Shown in pieces: positions 48,136-58,144 of a stretch of 64,000 nucleotides of DNA (positions within the stretch are counted from its first letter, which is position 1; each line of letters starts with the position of its first letter). Position numbers and translations under genes: made by a program. The notes below the pieces were generated by a model, which did no database searches, was not told the DNA's origin, and was given only the letters and a program-made list of their open reading frames with translations. The stretch is from a bacterium (lineage in GTDB: Bacteria; SAR324; NAC60-12). The stretch is from NCBI GenBank assembly GCA_965233585.1, contig CBDDTI010000747.1, forward strand, positions 736,001-800,000. The letters are read 5' to 3'.

Positions 48136-48498
48136 ATGAGTTCACTAATGGATTTAGTAGAGCAGTCGCAGTTACGCAAGGACGTTCTCCCTTCCTTTCC
48201 TGTTGGTGCAACAGTGAGGGTCAATTATCGCATTGTTGATGAAAAAAAAGCACGGATTCAGGCATTTGAAGGTGTCGTCATTGGCAAACATCGTGGAGAA
48301 AAGAATAACAAAGCGAGCTTTACTGTGCGAAAGGTGACGCAAGGTTACGGAGTAGAACGCACCTTCCCTCTACATTCTCCAAACATTGAGAGTGTCAAGG
48401 TTCTAAAAATTGGACACGTGAGGCGTGCAAAACTTTACTATTTGCGTCAAAGAAGGGGTAAAGCCGCACGAATCAGAGAAAAAATTGGCGCACTTTGA
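48136..48498 (+). CDS. rplS: 50S ribosomal protein L19
   Basis: RIQAFEGVVI, GVERTFP, VRRAKLYYLR. Confidence 0.97.
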   Translation: MSSLMDLVEQSQLRKDVLPSFPVGATVRVNYRIVDEKKARIQAFEGVVIGKHRGEKNNKASFTVRKVTQGYGVERTFPLHSPNIESVKVLKIGHVRRAKLYYLRQRRGKAARIREKIGAL

Positions 48499-49096
48499 TT
48501 TAGAAAATCAACTATGGCTTGCAGGGCATCAGCTGATTGCAGGAGTTGACGAGGCAGGACGGGGTTGCTTAGCAGGACCTGTTGTGGTTGCTGCTGTTGT
48601 GGTGGATCAGTCAACGAAACTTGAAGGCGTGGCAGACTCCAAAACACTGACGCCTGACCAACGTGAGACACTGTTTGACATGATTTGCAAACGGACAGTA
48701 CGTTATCATGTGACAGCAGTCGGTCATCAAGAAGTAGATAAACTCAATATTCTACAAGCGACAATGCAAGGCATGAGGCAGGTCTTGGAAGCCGTCAAAC
48801 CAGACTATGCTTTAGTTGACGGCAACCGCTACCCAGAATGCAAGGTCACAGGACATGCCGTTATCAAGGGTGATAGTCTTTCTAAAAGTATTGCTGCTGC
48901 GTCTATTTTGGCAAAAGTGTCTCGCGATCGTATCATGTGTGAGTTTGCAATGAAGCACCCTCAGTGGAATTTTTCTAAGCACAAAGGTTATCCCACATCG
49001 GAACATCGCCAGTTGATTGAAAAGTTCGGTTTGAGTCCAATACATCGCAGATCTTTTAAGGTGAAGTCTTTTAAACAACCATTAACATCTTTGTAA
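48485..49096 (+). CDS. rnhB: Ribonuclease HII
   Basis: GVDEAGRGCLAGPV, DSK, IAAASILAKV, HKGY; start uncertain (TTG 48485 chosen). Confidence 0.95.
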   Translation: MAHFDLENQLWLAGHQLIAGVDEAGRGCLAGPVVVAAVVVDQSTKLEGVADSKTLTPDQRETLFDMICKRTVRYHVTAVGHQEVDKLNILQATMQGMRQVLEAVKPDYALVDGNRYPECKVTGHAVIKGDSLSKSIAAASILAKVSRDRIMCEFAMKHPQWNFSKHKGYPTSEHRQLIEKFGLSPIHRRSFKVKSFKQPLTSL

Positions 49097-49098
49097 CT

Positions 49099-50472
49099 AT
49101 GAAAAAAATCATTACTAGCACTCTGGTCGGTCTGTTATTGAGCAGTGCGGCTTATGCTCAAAAACTGGTGATGGATAGCACGAATCTTTATCAGACCCAC
49201 ACGCGAGCTTTGTCTATGGGAAATGCCTTCACTGCCGTTGTGCCAAATGGTGAAACAGCTATGAATTACAATATTGCAGGCTTGGCTCAAACACGTGAGG
49301 ACTCTTGGGTTTTGGACATATTGCTTGGAGGGCAACTGGCTTTGAATGCAGAACTTGCTGAAGACTTGCAGAACAATAACAATTCAAGTGTTGAAAAATC
49401 CAGAGAATTTGTTGACAAATACAAGGACGATGCAAATGTTGTAAATGGTCAAGGTTGGTATCATGTCTCTTCTCAATTTGGACTAGAATCTTTGCCTTTG
49501 GTCCAAAGAATTGGTATAGGTTACCAACGATACTTCTCAGCATTCGCAGTTTTGCAACTGCCAGAGTCAGGAGATAAACCTATTGACATTACAGACTCTG
49601 AACAAGCGGTTGAGCAGGTTTCTGAACTCTTGGAGAACAAGTATGACAAAAAATTGACTTCTGAAGAAAAAAAGAAATTAAAAGAAAGAATTGATGAACT
49701 GAAAGATGACCCTAAAGCAGACCAAGCCAAAGCAGATTTGCGTCAGGCACAAGACGACTTCAATACCGTTCTTGGACGTGCTGTGGATTTTAGGTATGCC
49801 CTTTTTGACATTCAAGGTGTTGGGGGTGCAGTTTCTATCCTTGATGACAAACTCAAACTTGGTTTGCAAATGAGGTATTACAACCTTGTGTCCGCTAGAC
49901 ATCTTGAAGACTATTCTTTAATGAATGCCTTGTCTGAAGATGATCAAGATTTAGATAAAATTGCCACAGAGCAAAAAGGTCAAGGGGTAGGGTATGAAAT
50001 TGGTGCGTTGTACAGGGGAGGCGAGAGTTTCATTTATCAGGTTGGCACAGCATACCAGAACATTGGCGGGGTTAAAATACAAGATGTTGAGATTCCTGCT
50101 TCTTTGAATGTTGGTGGAAGTCTTCAATGGAATTGGTTTTTAGGCAGTTTTACAGGCTCTTTTGAAGTCAAAGATTTGTTGGCAGAAGGGGCTTACGAAC
50201 AAGATGGTGTGAATGACAAACGTTCTTGGGGGCAACGTTCTCATGTGGGAGTTCAAGCGGCATTAATACCGATTCCCAACCCTGATGAGTATTTGCTTTA
50301 TGCAAGTGTTGGTCTTAACCAGCTTCAACCAACCTATGGCGTGCAAGTGAGTTTGCCTTGGCACATTTTGCGTTTAGGATACACAAAATATGGTGCTGAT
50401 ATAGGCAATGCAAGTGAAAAGAAAACGTATGAGAATGATCAAGTCTTTGTTTCATTAGGTTTGAGTATCTAA
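49099..50472 (+). CDS. Outer-membrane beta-barrel protein (TraF-like/FadL-like N-terminal hatch motif)
   Basis: Signal peptide; RALSMGNAFTAV..YNIAGL; terminal strand VFVSLGLSI. Confidence 0.7.
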   Translation: MKKIITSTLVGLLLSSAAYAQKLVMDSTNLYQTHTRALSMGNAFTAVVPNGETAMNYNIAGLAQTREDSWVLDILLGGQLALNAELAEDLQNNNNSSVEKSREFVDKYKDDANVVNGQGWYHVSSQFGLESLPLVQRIGIGYQRYFSAFAVLQLPESGDKPIDITDSEQAVEQVSELLENKYDKKLTSEEKKKLKERIDELKDDPKADQAKADLRQAQDDFNTVLGRAVDFRYALFDIQGVGGAVSILDDKLKLGLQMRYYNLVSARHLEDYSLMNALSEDDQDLDKIATEQKGQGVGYEIGALYRGGESFIYQVGTAYQNIGGVKIQDVEIPASLNVGGSLQWNWFLGSFTGSFEVKDLLAEGAYEQDGVNDKRSWGQRSHVGVQAALIPIPNPDEYLLYASVGLNQLQPTYGVQVSLPWHILRLGYTKYGADIGNASEKKTYENDQVFVSLGLSI

Positions 50473-50493
50473 AGTCATTGCTTGTTTATTTAA

Positions 50494-51090
50494 ATGTACC
50501 CTGCAAAGTATTACCAAGAACTTGATGGAGAACGTCTTTTGGAGATCATAGAAAAATACCCTCTTGCGACTGTCATTTGCCAATCTGAAAGTCAGTCTCA
50601 CTTATGCTTCATTCCCATTGTCTATGACGAGGAACAGCAGGTTTTTTTGGGACATGTGATGAATAGTAACCCAATCGCTGGGGAACTCGCTCAGCGAGAC
50701 GTCCCATTGGAATTAGTTTTTAATGGAAGTGATTGCTATATTTCACCAAATTTTTTCCCCAGACAAACTGTTCCCACTTGGCATTATGCTAAAGTGTATG
50801 TCAAAGGTCTTGCTTGTCTTGTCTCAGATGAGACAGAAGAATTGTCGGATATGAGTCGCTTTATTGCTTTTTTTGAAAGAGGATTTGAAACACCTTGGAC
50901 AGTAAATGAGATGTCTGAAAAAAATCGCAAAGGTTTGATGAAGCAGATTAGTCTTTTTAGACTCAAAAAGTTTGAAATGGTTGGTTATTTCAAACTAAAC
51001 CAACATAAGTCAAAGTCTTTCAAGAAAGAGCTAAAAGAAAAGTTCTGGGAGGCTCATCAATTTGAAGATGCAAATCTTATAGAAATATAG
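50494..51090 (+). CDS. PaiB-family FMN-binding protein
   Basis: MYP..Y, PLATV, GH...NP, YISP, VPTW.Y, KLNQ. Confidence 0.88.
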   Translation: MYPAKYYQELDGERLLEIIEKYPLATVICQSESQSHLCFIPIVYDEEQQVFLGHVMNSNPIAGELAQRDVPLELVFNGSDCYISPNFFPRQTVPTWHYAKVYVKGLACLVSDETEELSDMSRFIAFFERGFETPWTVNEMSEKNRKGLMKQISLFRLKKFEMVGYFKLNQHKSKSFKKELKEKFWEAHQFEDANLIEI

Positions 51091-51114
51091 GAAAGTCTTT
51101 GTAATCGTTGTCTT

Positions 51115-51468
51115 ATGAGGAATGAACGTCAAAGTTTAGGAGCATGGGGAGAACAAATTGCATCAGATTTTTTGCAACAGAAAGGGTACCAAATCATTGA
51201 ACGCAATTACCGTTGCCAAATTGGAGAGTTGGACATCGTTGCATTGTTTCAAGATGACATCGTTTTTTGCGAGGTCAAAACAAGAAAACACGCAAAATAT
51301 GTTCACCCATCGGCTTCTGTAACGCTTTCAAAAATCAAAAAGATTCGTCAATTAGCAGAATTTTATTTAATCCAACACAATCATGATCATTTGCAACCTC
51401 GTTTTGACGTGGTGACTGTTTGTTGTCAAAATGGCAAGATTGTAGAACATTTTATCAATGCTTTTTAA
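51115..51468 (+). CDS. yraN: YraN-family (UPF0102) protein
   Basis: GE..A, RNYRC..GELDIV, EVKTR, RFDVV. Confidence 0.93.
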   Translation: MRNERQSLGAWGEQIASDFLQQKGYQIIERNYRCQIGELDIVALFQDDIVFCEVKTRKHAKYVHPSASVTLSKIKKIRQLAEFYLIQHNHDHLQPRFDVVTVCCQNGKIVEHFINAF

Positions 51469-51483
51469 TTCAAAAGGTTTTTT

Positions 51484-51753
51484 ATGGCACATCATAAATC
51501 AGCAATCAAAAGGATTCGTCAGAATGCAAAGAGAAACTTACGAAATCGTGGGCTTCGTTCGCGAATGCGTGGAGAAATCAAACAATTCCGTGAGCTACTC
51601 AAAACAGGCTCACATGAGGAAGCAAAAGCCAAGCTCCCTAGCATTTACAAGGCACTAGACAAGGCGACCACTAAGGGCATTTTGCACCGCAACGCCGCCT
51701 CTCGTAAAAAATCCCGCTTGGCTCATGCTGTCAATCAAAAAGCAAACTCATAA
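51484..51753 (+). CDS. rpsT: 30S ribosomal protein S20
   Basis: MAHHKSAIKR, KGILHRNAASRKKSRL. Confidence 0.97.
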   Translation: MAHHKSAIKRIRQNAKRNLRNRGLRSRMRGEIKQFRELLKTGSHEEAKAKLPSIYKALDKATTKGILHRNAASRKKSRLAHAVNQKANS

Positions 51754-51840
51754 AAATTTGTGAGCTTTTCAAGCAAGATTTTTTCATTTTTCAAAACCTT
51801 TATTGTTCATTAGTTTATTTTTTAAGAGGATTAGTAGAAG

Positions 51841-53691
51841 ATGCAACAGTATGAATTTCAGGCAGATATTCAAAAAGCACTGGACATTTTAGTCCATTCT
51901 CTCTATACCAAACGCGAAGTTTTTTTGCGTGAATTGATTTCTAATGCGTCTGACGCCTTAGAAAAAGCGCAGTTTCGGTCTTTGACTCACACGGACGATT
52001 CACAGTCTCATCTGGATTTGGAGATTCGTTTGTCTTTTGACAAAGACAATGGAGTGTTGATGATTGAAGATCATGGTGTCGGAATGATTAAAGACGAGTT
52101 GGTGCAAAATCTTGGGTCTATTGCAGGTTCTGGAACAGAGAAGTTTTTGAAGGAATTGAAGGAGAATCATCAAAACTCAAATAATTTGATAGGGCAATTT
52201 GGAGTAGGATTTTATTCAGCCTTTATGGTGGCAGAGAAGATTGAATTTGACACTCTGGCGATGGGAGGTTTGCAAGCATGGCGCTGGTCTTCAGAAGGAA
52301 ATGGGACTTATTCCATTGAACAGATTGACAAAAAAGAAAGGGGTTCAGTTGTTCGGCTGTTTCTTAAAGAAGATGCAAAAGAAGAATTTTGCAACGAGAA
52401 CAAATTAGAGTCCACTGTCCGTGAGCATTCCAATTACATTCCATTCCCTGTTAAATTTGGAGAGAAAGTTTTAAACGAAGTCAAAGCAATTTGGACAGCT
52501 TCCAAGCAGGATACTGCCAAAGAAGACTATGAAAAATTTTACCACTCCATTGCCCATGACTTCCGACCACCTAGACTTTATTATCATTTTTCTATTGATG
52601 CTCCAATCCAGTATTACGGACTCTTTTTTATACCTGAAGAAGTCAGTAACGAGATTCTGTATGCAAGGGAAAAAGGCACAATCAATGTGTATTCCAGACG
52701 TGTCATCATTGAACAAAACGCAGAGTTTTTGCCTCAATATTTAAGGTTTGTTTCAGGAGTTGTAGATTCTGAAGACTTACCTCTCAATGTGTCTCGTGAA
52801 AGTGTTCAACACAATGCAGTGTTAGAAAAAATTAAAAAAAATGTTGTCTCAAAGCTTTTGGGAGAGTTTAAGAATTTAGCAAGTTCTAATCCTGAAAGTT
52901 ACAATCAATTTTGGAAAAGGTTTGGGGGATTTTTGAAAGAAGGTTGTCATTCTGATTTTGCAAATCGTGAAAAATTCACGGAGTTACTTCGTTTTGATTC
53001 TTCTATTTTTCAAGAACAGGGAAGTTATACCTCGCTTAAAGAATATGTGGAGAGAATGCGTGAAGACCAAAAAGAAATTTATTATCTTTCAGGGGCTTCC
53101 AGACAAGCTGTCCTGCATAATCCAAATTTGGAATATTTCAAAAAGCAAGGGATTGAAACACTATTGCTGTATGACCCAATTGATGAGTTTTTGATTGGAG
53201 ATTTGCGAGAGTTTGAAGGCAAGGCATTGAAAAGTATTACAGAATCAGACATTGATACTGTTCAAGAACAGGACTCTCAACTTTCAGAGGACATCAAAAA
53301 GAAAATCATAGACCGTTTCCAAAAGCAATTAGAAGACCATGTTTCAGAGGTAGTAGAGTCTAAACGTCTTGTAGATAGCCCTTGTTCTTTGGTGCAAGCT
53401 AAAGATGGAATGAGTCCTCATCTTGAAAAAATGATGCAATCTATGAGTCAAGACTTCACCTTCAGCAAAAGGCGGTTGGAATTAAATCTGAACCATGCAC
53501 TCATTCAGAATCTTTGTCAGCTTGTTGAGAAGGATCAAGAACCATCTTTTGTTGACGATTGCATTCAATACCTCTTTCAAGTAGCAAAACTGGCAGAAGG
53601 CTCTCTTGAAAATCCACATGAGTTGTTACCGATTGCACACCGTATGATGCAAACCGCATCACTTTTACAACTCAAAGAAGTTAATCCATAA
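51841..53691 (+). CDS. htpG: Hsp90 chaperone
   Basis: FLRELISNASDA, IGQFGVGFYSAF, GVVDSEDLPLNVSRE. Confidence 0.98.
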   Translation: MQQYEFQADIQKALDILVHSLYTKREVFLRELISNASDALEKAQFRSLTHTDDSQSHLDLEIRLSFDKDNGVLMIEDHGVGMIKDELVQNLGSIAGSGTEKFLKELKENHQNSNNLIGQFGVGFYSAFMVAEKIEFDTLAMGGLQAWRWSSEGNGTYSIEQIDKKERGSVVRLFLKEDAKEEFCNENKLESTVREHSNYIPFPVKFGEKVLNEVKAIWTASKQDTAKEDYEKFYHSIAHDFRPPRLYYHFSIDAPIQYYGLFFIPEEVSNEILYAREKGTINVYSRRVIIEQNAEFLPQYLRFVSGVVDSEDLPLNVSRESVQHNAVLEKIKKNVVSKLLGEFKNLASSNPESYNQFWKRFGGFLKEGCHSDFANREKFTELLRFDSSIFQEQGSYTSLKEYVERMREDQKEIYYLSGASRQAVLHNPNLEYFKKQGIETLLLYDPIDEFLIGDLREFEGKALKSITESDIDTVQEQDSQLSEDIKKKIIDRFQKQLEDHVSEVVESKRLVDSPCSLVQAKDGMSPHLEKMMQSMSQDFTFSKRRLELNLNHALIQNLCQLVEKDQEPSFVDDCIQYLFQVAKLAEGSLENPHELLPIAHRMMQTASLLQLKEVNP

Positions 53692-53705
53692 TTTAAAAAA
53701 ATCAA

Positions 53706-54917
53706 ATGCCCGGTATCAGTGTTCCTATTCCATACAAAGGGACTGTTTTTAGCTCTACCTCCAAATTGTTAGAGATTGGCAAAACGAACCTTTTACCAGT
53801 TTATGACTGTACAAATATGGTCATTGACAGAGGTGATGGGGTGTATTTGTGGGACGTAGATGGTAACGAATACATTGACTTTAGCTCAGGTCTTGCCGTT
53901 TGTAATTTAGGTTATCGTCATCCAAGAGTGATGGAAGCGATTATGAGACAGACAGAAAAAATTTGGCATACTACCAGCCTTTATTATTCTGAACCTGCCA
54001 TTTTGCTTGCGGAATATCTGAACAAGCATACATTTTCCGATTACGTTTTCTTCTGGAATTCTGCAACAGCAGCATACGAAGGAGCTATCAAAACTGCCAA
54101 AAAATATTCACGGGTCAAACATTCTTCACGTAATAAGGAGAAGACCATTGTTTTAAGTTCCATACAACACAATCCTAACCATCGTCTCAACACTTCCAAT
54201 GACATTATTTATTGTCCGTTTGGCGATGTTGAAGCACTGGAAAACACTTTTTCTGATGTTGTGAATGCTGTCATTTGCAGATTAGTAGATGGAGGTGGTC
54301 AGGGTTCAAGCATGGAGAATGAATATTTTCAAAAAATTCGTCAGTTGTGTAATCAATATGGAGCATTGATGATTGTTGACGAGATTGGAACAGCGGTTGG
54401 GCGGACAGGAAAACTTTTTGGCTGTGAATGGTTTGACGAGCAACCTGATGTGGTGATTGTCGCACATGGCTTGAGTGCAGGGCTGCCTATTGGTGCATTG
54501 CTTCTTTCGGAAGAAGTTGGGTTGATTATGGAACGTGGTGATTATAGTTCTGCATTAGGTGGAAATCCCCTTTCTACCTTTGTGGCTTTGGAATGTATGG
54601 AAATCATCAACGATGATCGGTTTTTAAAAAAGGTCATAGCGAAAGGAAAGTATTTAAGAGAACAAATCGTCAAATTGAATCAAGACCAGCCCGTTTTTGG
54701 AGAAGTCAGTGGAAGGGGACTTTTGCTTGTTGCTCCATTTCTTCACAATAAGTGTTCTGCACAACGTTTTTCAGAACTTTGTGCAAGGTATGGCGTGTTA
54801 TTGCTACCTTCTGGAGAAAGTTGCATTAGATTTGCTCCTCCTCTGACCATTCAATATGATGAAATTGAGGAATGTATGGAACGAATACGTAAGTTGATTG
54901 CAGAAACATGGCTTTAA
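53706..54917 (+). CDS. ArgD-like class-III aminotransferase homolog with a degenerate active site
   Basis: WDVDGNEYIDF, GRTGK and IRFAPPL retained; PDVVIVAHGL has His at the PLP-lysine position. Confidence 0.85.
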   Translation: MPGISVPIPYKGTVFSSTSKLLEIGKTNLLPVYDCTNMVIDRGDGVYLWDVDGNEYIDFSSGLAVCNLGYRHPRVMEAIMRQTEKIWHTTSLYYSEPAILLAEYLNKHTFSDYVFFWNSATAAYEGAIKTAKKYSRVKHSSRNKEKTIVLSSIQHNPNHRLNTSNDIIYCPFGDVEALENTFSDVVNAVICRLVDGGGQGSSMENEYFQKIRQLCNQYGALMIVDEIGTAVGRTGKLFGCEWFDEQPDVVIVAHGLSAGLPIGALLLSEEVGLIMERGDYSSALGGNPLSTFVALECMEIINDDRFLKKVIAKGKYLREQIVKLNQDQPVFGEVSGRGLLLVAPFLHNKCSAQRFSELCARYGVLLLPSGESCIRFAPPLTIQYDEIEECMERIRKLIAETWL

Positions 54918-54918
54918 G

Positions 54919-55422
54919 ATGCCTATTGCTTGTTTAGCTTTGGGGGCAAATTTAGGCAACTGTACTCAAACTTTCAAAAAGGTCTCTCTTGCTTTGTCTG
55001 TTCCGTCCCGTCAAATCCAACTCATTGCTTCATCTTCTGTCTATACCACCCCTCCTTATCAAGGGGGCAAACAGCCTGACTACTACAATCAAGTCCTACT
55101 GATTGACACTTCTTTTTCTCCTTTCCAATTATTAAAAACTTGCTTACAAATAGAAGCTGAATTTGGCAGAAAAAGAAATCTTCAAGAAAAATGGGAATCT
55201 CGTGTCATTGATATTGACATTCTCTATTATGGATCTGAAGTCATTCACAATGATTCCTTGCAAATTCCACATTATGACCTTGTCAATCGTGCATTTTTTT
55301 TGAAGCCTCTTTGTGAAATTGTTCCCCAATGGCAAGACCCCATTCTAAATCGTTCTGTCTTACAAATTTGGAATGAACTTTGTCCAAAAATTCAGCAAGA
55401 GCAACTTCCTAGAAAAGTTTAG
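54919..55422 (+). CDS. folK: 6-hydroxymethyl-7,8-dihydropterin pyrophosphokinase
   Basis: LALGANLG, IEAEFGR, RVIDIDIL, IPH; ATG 54919 preferred. Confidence 0.94.
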   Translation: MPIACLALGANLGNCTQTFKKVSLALSVPSRQIQLIASSSVYTTPPYQGGKQPDYYNQVLLIDTSFSPFQLLKTCLQIEAEFGRKRNLQEKWESRVIDIDILYYGSEVIHNDSLQIPHYDLVNRAFFLKPLCEIVPQWQDPILNRSVLQIWNELCPKIQQEQLPRKV

Positions 55423-55534
55423 GTTTTGCCAAATTTTGAAGTCGGTCTTTCAAACTTAAATAGAATTGAAACTTTTAGAATATTTAGGCAAAAACATTCT
55501 CTTTTTTTGTTTTGTGTTTCACAAAAAATGCTTC

Positions 55535-55564
55535 TTGACAAGACTTCTTGCAAGCATTTAGAAT
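55535..55564 (+). promoter_or_regulatory. Putative sigma70 promoter upstream of mraY
   Basis: TTGACA-18 nt-TAGAAT. Confidence 0.55.
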
Positions 55565-55802
55565 ACTTGGTTTCGTTTGCAAGTCTATATTTTGCGGTTT
55601 TGGTTTCGTCTGAAAATGTCCTGTTCTGGTTTGTTCTTAAAATTGTTTCAAAGTTGCAAATTGGCTCACATACGAAAAGATAGGCTTGTCAGAATTGAAG
55701 GTTTTTTCTCTTGCTGACGTGGTTATTTTCTTTAACTACTTTGTGGTTTTATGCAGGACTTCTTGATGTCCATCTCTAGCGTCAATTTTTTATTCTGAAA
55801 TC

Positions 55803-57062
55803 ATGGCGGCGACGTTTTTCTACTCTCTTTTGCCTTATCAGATTTTTAAATCAGTTCTTTTTCGCAGCGGTATGATTTTTTTGACAAGCTACATGATTGT
55901 CACTTTTTTAATGCCGTACGTGATTGGCCTATTCAGAAAATATCGCGTCTCGTCTGATTTTGTATCCTCATCGTCAGTTCATTCTGTTCCTTACACGGGG
56001 GCTACTCCTATCATGGGGGGTAGTGTGTTGGTTTTTGCAGTTGTGATTGGAGTGCTACTGTGGTGTAATCTCAATCAGTTTGTCACAGCACTTTTAGCGA
56101 TTATGTTGACCTTTGCATGTATTGGGGCAGTTGATGACCTTTCAAAGGTGTTGAGCAAAAGAAGGGTGGAATCAGGAAGAGAATCCCAGAAAACTTATTC
56201 AAATAAAGCAGATGGTATAGGTGGAAAATGGCGTCTGGCTTTGGAATTTCTTTTTGCTTTTTGTGTGGTCATCGCTTTATATTTGTACGTTGACATAGAT
56301 GGTCATTTGGTCATTCCATTAGTCCCTTTGAAAGATTGGTACCCCTATCTACCAAAATACCTTTTTATTCCTCTGATGCTCTTTATCATTGTAGGTGGGG
56401 CAAATGCAGTCAACCTGACAGATGGAATGGATTCTTTGGCAACAGTGCCTTTGATTACCTGTGCCATTTTCGCTGCTGCAGTTGCATATATTGGTGCAGA
56501 TTCAGAATGGGCGGCACGTCTCAAAGTTCCAAATTTATCTGAAGATTTGAAAGAAGTCGCTATTTTTGCTATTGCGATTGTCAGTGTCTGTTTGACTTTT
56601 CTACGATTTAATGCCCCCCCTGCTTCTATTTATATGGGAGATTTAGGTGCATTGGCTTTGGGAAGTGCTATTTCTACCATGTTTATCTTTGTCAAGGCAG
56701 AGTTGTTTTTGCCTATTGTAGGAGGGGTTTTCGTTTTTTCTGCACTTTCTGTCATGATTCAAGTTCTTTTTTTTAAAATAGTGTCATGGCAATATGATGT
56801 GAGTACCGCCAAGAAGTATCGTTTTTTTCTACGCGCTCCGTATCATCACCACTTGCAACAAATGTGGACGTATTCATCAAAGCCTTCTTCTGTGGTTTCT
56901 GTGTGGTTACTGCTTTTGCAAAAACTCAAAATTCCACTGATTTCAGATGAAGACAAAATGTTGCATGCCAGCGAGGTGCATAGCCGTGTTGTTTGGTTGA
57001 TGCACCTTAGATCTATCTGGTTATTTGTTGTCACTATTGTTGTTTATTTCAAGGTGCGTTAG
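55803..57062 (+). CDS. mraY: Phospho-MurNAc-pentapeptide transferase (variant)
   Basis: TPIMGG, GAVDD, NAVNLTDGMD, YMGDLG, APYHHH. Confidence 0.88.
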   Translation: MAATFFYSLLPYQIFKSVLFRSGMIFLTSYMIVTFLMPYVIGLFRKYRVSSDFVSSSSVHSVPYTGATPIMGGSVLVFAVVIGVLLWCNLNQFVTALLAIMLTFACIGAVDDLSKVLSKRRVESGRESQKTYSNKADGIGGKWRLALEFLFAFCVVIALYLYVDIDGHLVIPLVPLKDWYPYLPKYLFIPLMLFIIVGGANAVNLTDGMDSLATVPLITCAIFAAAVAYIGADSEWAARLKVPNLSEDLKEVAIFAIAIVSVCLTFLRFNAPPASIYMGDLGALALGSAISTMFIFVKAELFLPIVGGVFVFSALSVMIQVLFFKIVSWQYDVSTAKKYRFFLRAPYHHHLQQMWTYSSKPSSVVSVWLLLLQKLKIPLISDEDKMLHASEVHSRVVWLMHLRSIWLFVVTIVVYFKVR

Positions 57063-57092
57063 TCTGTTTAAATTTTATTTCGGTTTAGAAGA

Positions 57093-57830
57093 ATGTTTGA
57101 AAATCAGGTTGTCTTGGTCACGGGGGCAGGTCGTGGCATAGGAAAGTCCATTGCCTTACATTTTGCAAAATTGGGGGCAAGTGTCGCATTCACAAACCGT
57201 AATGTGGAATACTCCAAACAGACGCAATCAGAAATAGAGGCATTGGGGGCAAAAAGTCTTCCTTTCCAAGTTGATGTGAGTGATGCTGAAGGCGTAGGGC
57301 AAATGGTACAGTCCACGTTAGACCAATTTGGTAGAATTGATGTTGTTGTCAATAATGCTGGAGTGACGTCTGATAGCTTATTTTTAAGAATGAAGCAAGA
57401 GGATTGGCAAAGGGTGCTAAATGTTAACCTCAATGCTGTGTTTTATGTTTGTCAAGCTGTGGTCAAGCCGATGGTGAAACAACGTTACGGCAGAATCATT
57501 AATCTTTCTTCTGTCGTCGGATTTTCAGGCAATCCCGGTCAAACAAACTATTGTGCTGCAAAAGCAGGTTTGATAGGATTCACTAAATCCCTTGCACAAG
57601 AGGTTGCAAGTCGGAAGGTCACATGCAACGCTGTGGCACCGGGCTTTATTGAAACGGATATGACTGCCTCTCTTGGAGAGGAACAAAGCAAGCAGGTTTT
57701 AGAAAAAGTGCCTATGAAACGGATGGGAACTGTTGATGAAGTTGCCAGTGCTGTCACTTTTCTTGCTTCAAAGGAGGCAGGTTATATTACCGGAACAACG
57801 ATTCATGTCAATGGTGGTATGTATTGTTAA
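57093..57830 (+). CDS. fabG: 3-oxoacyl-ACP reductase
   Basis: TGAGRGIG, NNAG, GQTNYCAAK, PGFIETDM; precedes acpP-fabF. Confidence 0.96.
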   Translation: MFENQVVLVTGAGRGIGKSIALHFAKLGASVAFTNRNVEYSKQTQSEIEALGAKSLPFQVDVSDAEGVGQMVQSTLDQFGRIDVVVNNAGVTSDSLFLRMKQEDWQRVLNVNLNAVFYVCQAVVKPMVKQRYGRIINLSSVVGFSGNPGQTNYCAAKAGLIGFTKSLAQEVASRKVTCNAVAPGFIETDMTASLGEEQSKQVLEKVPMKRMGTVDEVASAVTFLASKEAGYITGTTIHVNGGMYC

Positions 57831-57840
57831 AAATTGATGC

Positions 57841-57880
57841 TTGATATTGCCTGCAGTTTCAGGCATCAATTATTTTACTT
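57841..57880 (+). terminator. Hairpin plus T-rich tail between fabG and acpP
   Basis: TGCCTG-CAGTTT-CAGGCA followed by a T-rich stretch. Confidence 0.35.
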
Positions 57881-57907
57881 TTAATCTAAAAATCAAAGAG
57901 GAACTTT

Positions 57908-58144
57908 ATGAGTGCAGAACTTGAAGAGAAAGTCAAAAAAATCATTGCAGAACAACTTGATTCAGAGATTGACAAAATTGAGCTAGATTCTAGTTTCCAA
58001 GACGATCTGAATGCAGATTCATTGGATATTGTAGAGCTGGTGATGACTTTTGAAGAAGAGTTTGGTATTTCTATTTCTGACGATGCAGCAGAAAAAATCA
58101 CTAATGTCCGATCCGCTATAGAATACATAGAAGCCAACGTATGA
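57908..58144 (+). CDS. acpP: Acyl carrier protein
   Basis: DLNADSLDIVELVM. Confidence 0.97.
   Translation: MSAELEEKVKKIIAEQLDSEIDKIELDSSFQDDLNADSLDIVELVMTFEEEFGISISDDAAEKITNVRSAIEYIEANV

Noticed and set aside
51754..51840. CIRCE element upstream of htpG
   Set aside because: No TTAGCACTC-N9-GAGTGCTAA match.
55426..55683. 85-aa ORF between folK and mraY
   Set aside because: TTG start, no RBS or family motifs, and it contains a near-consensus promoter; probably non-coding.
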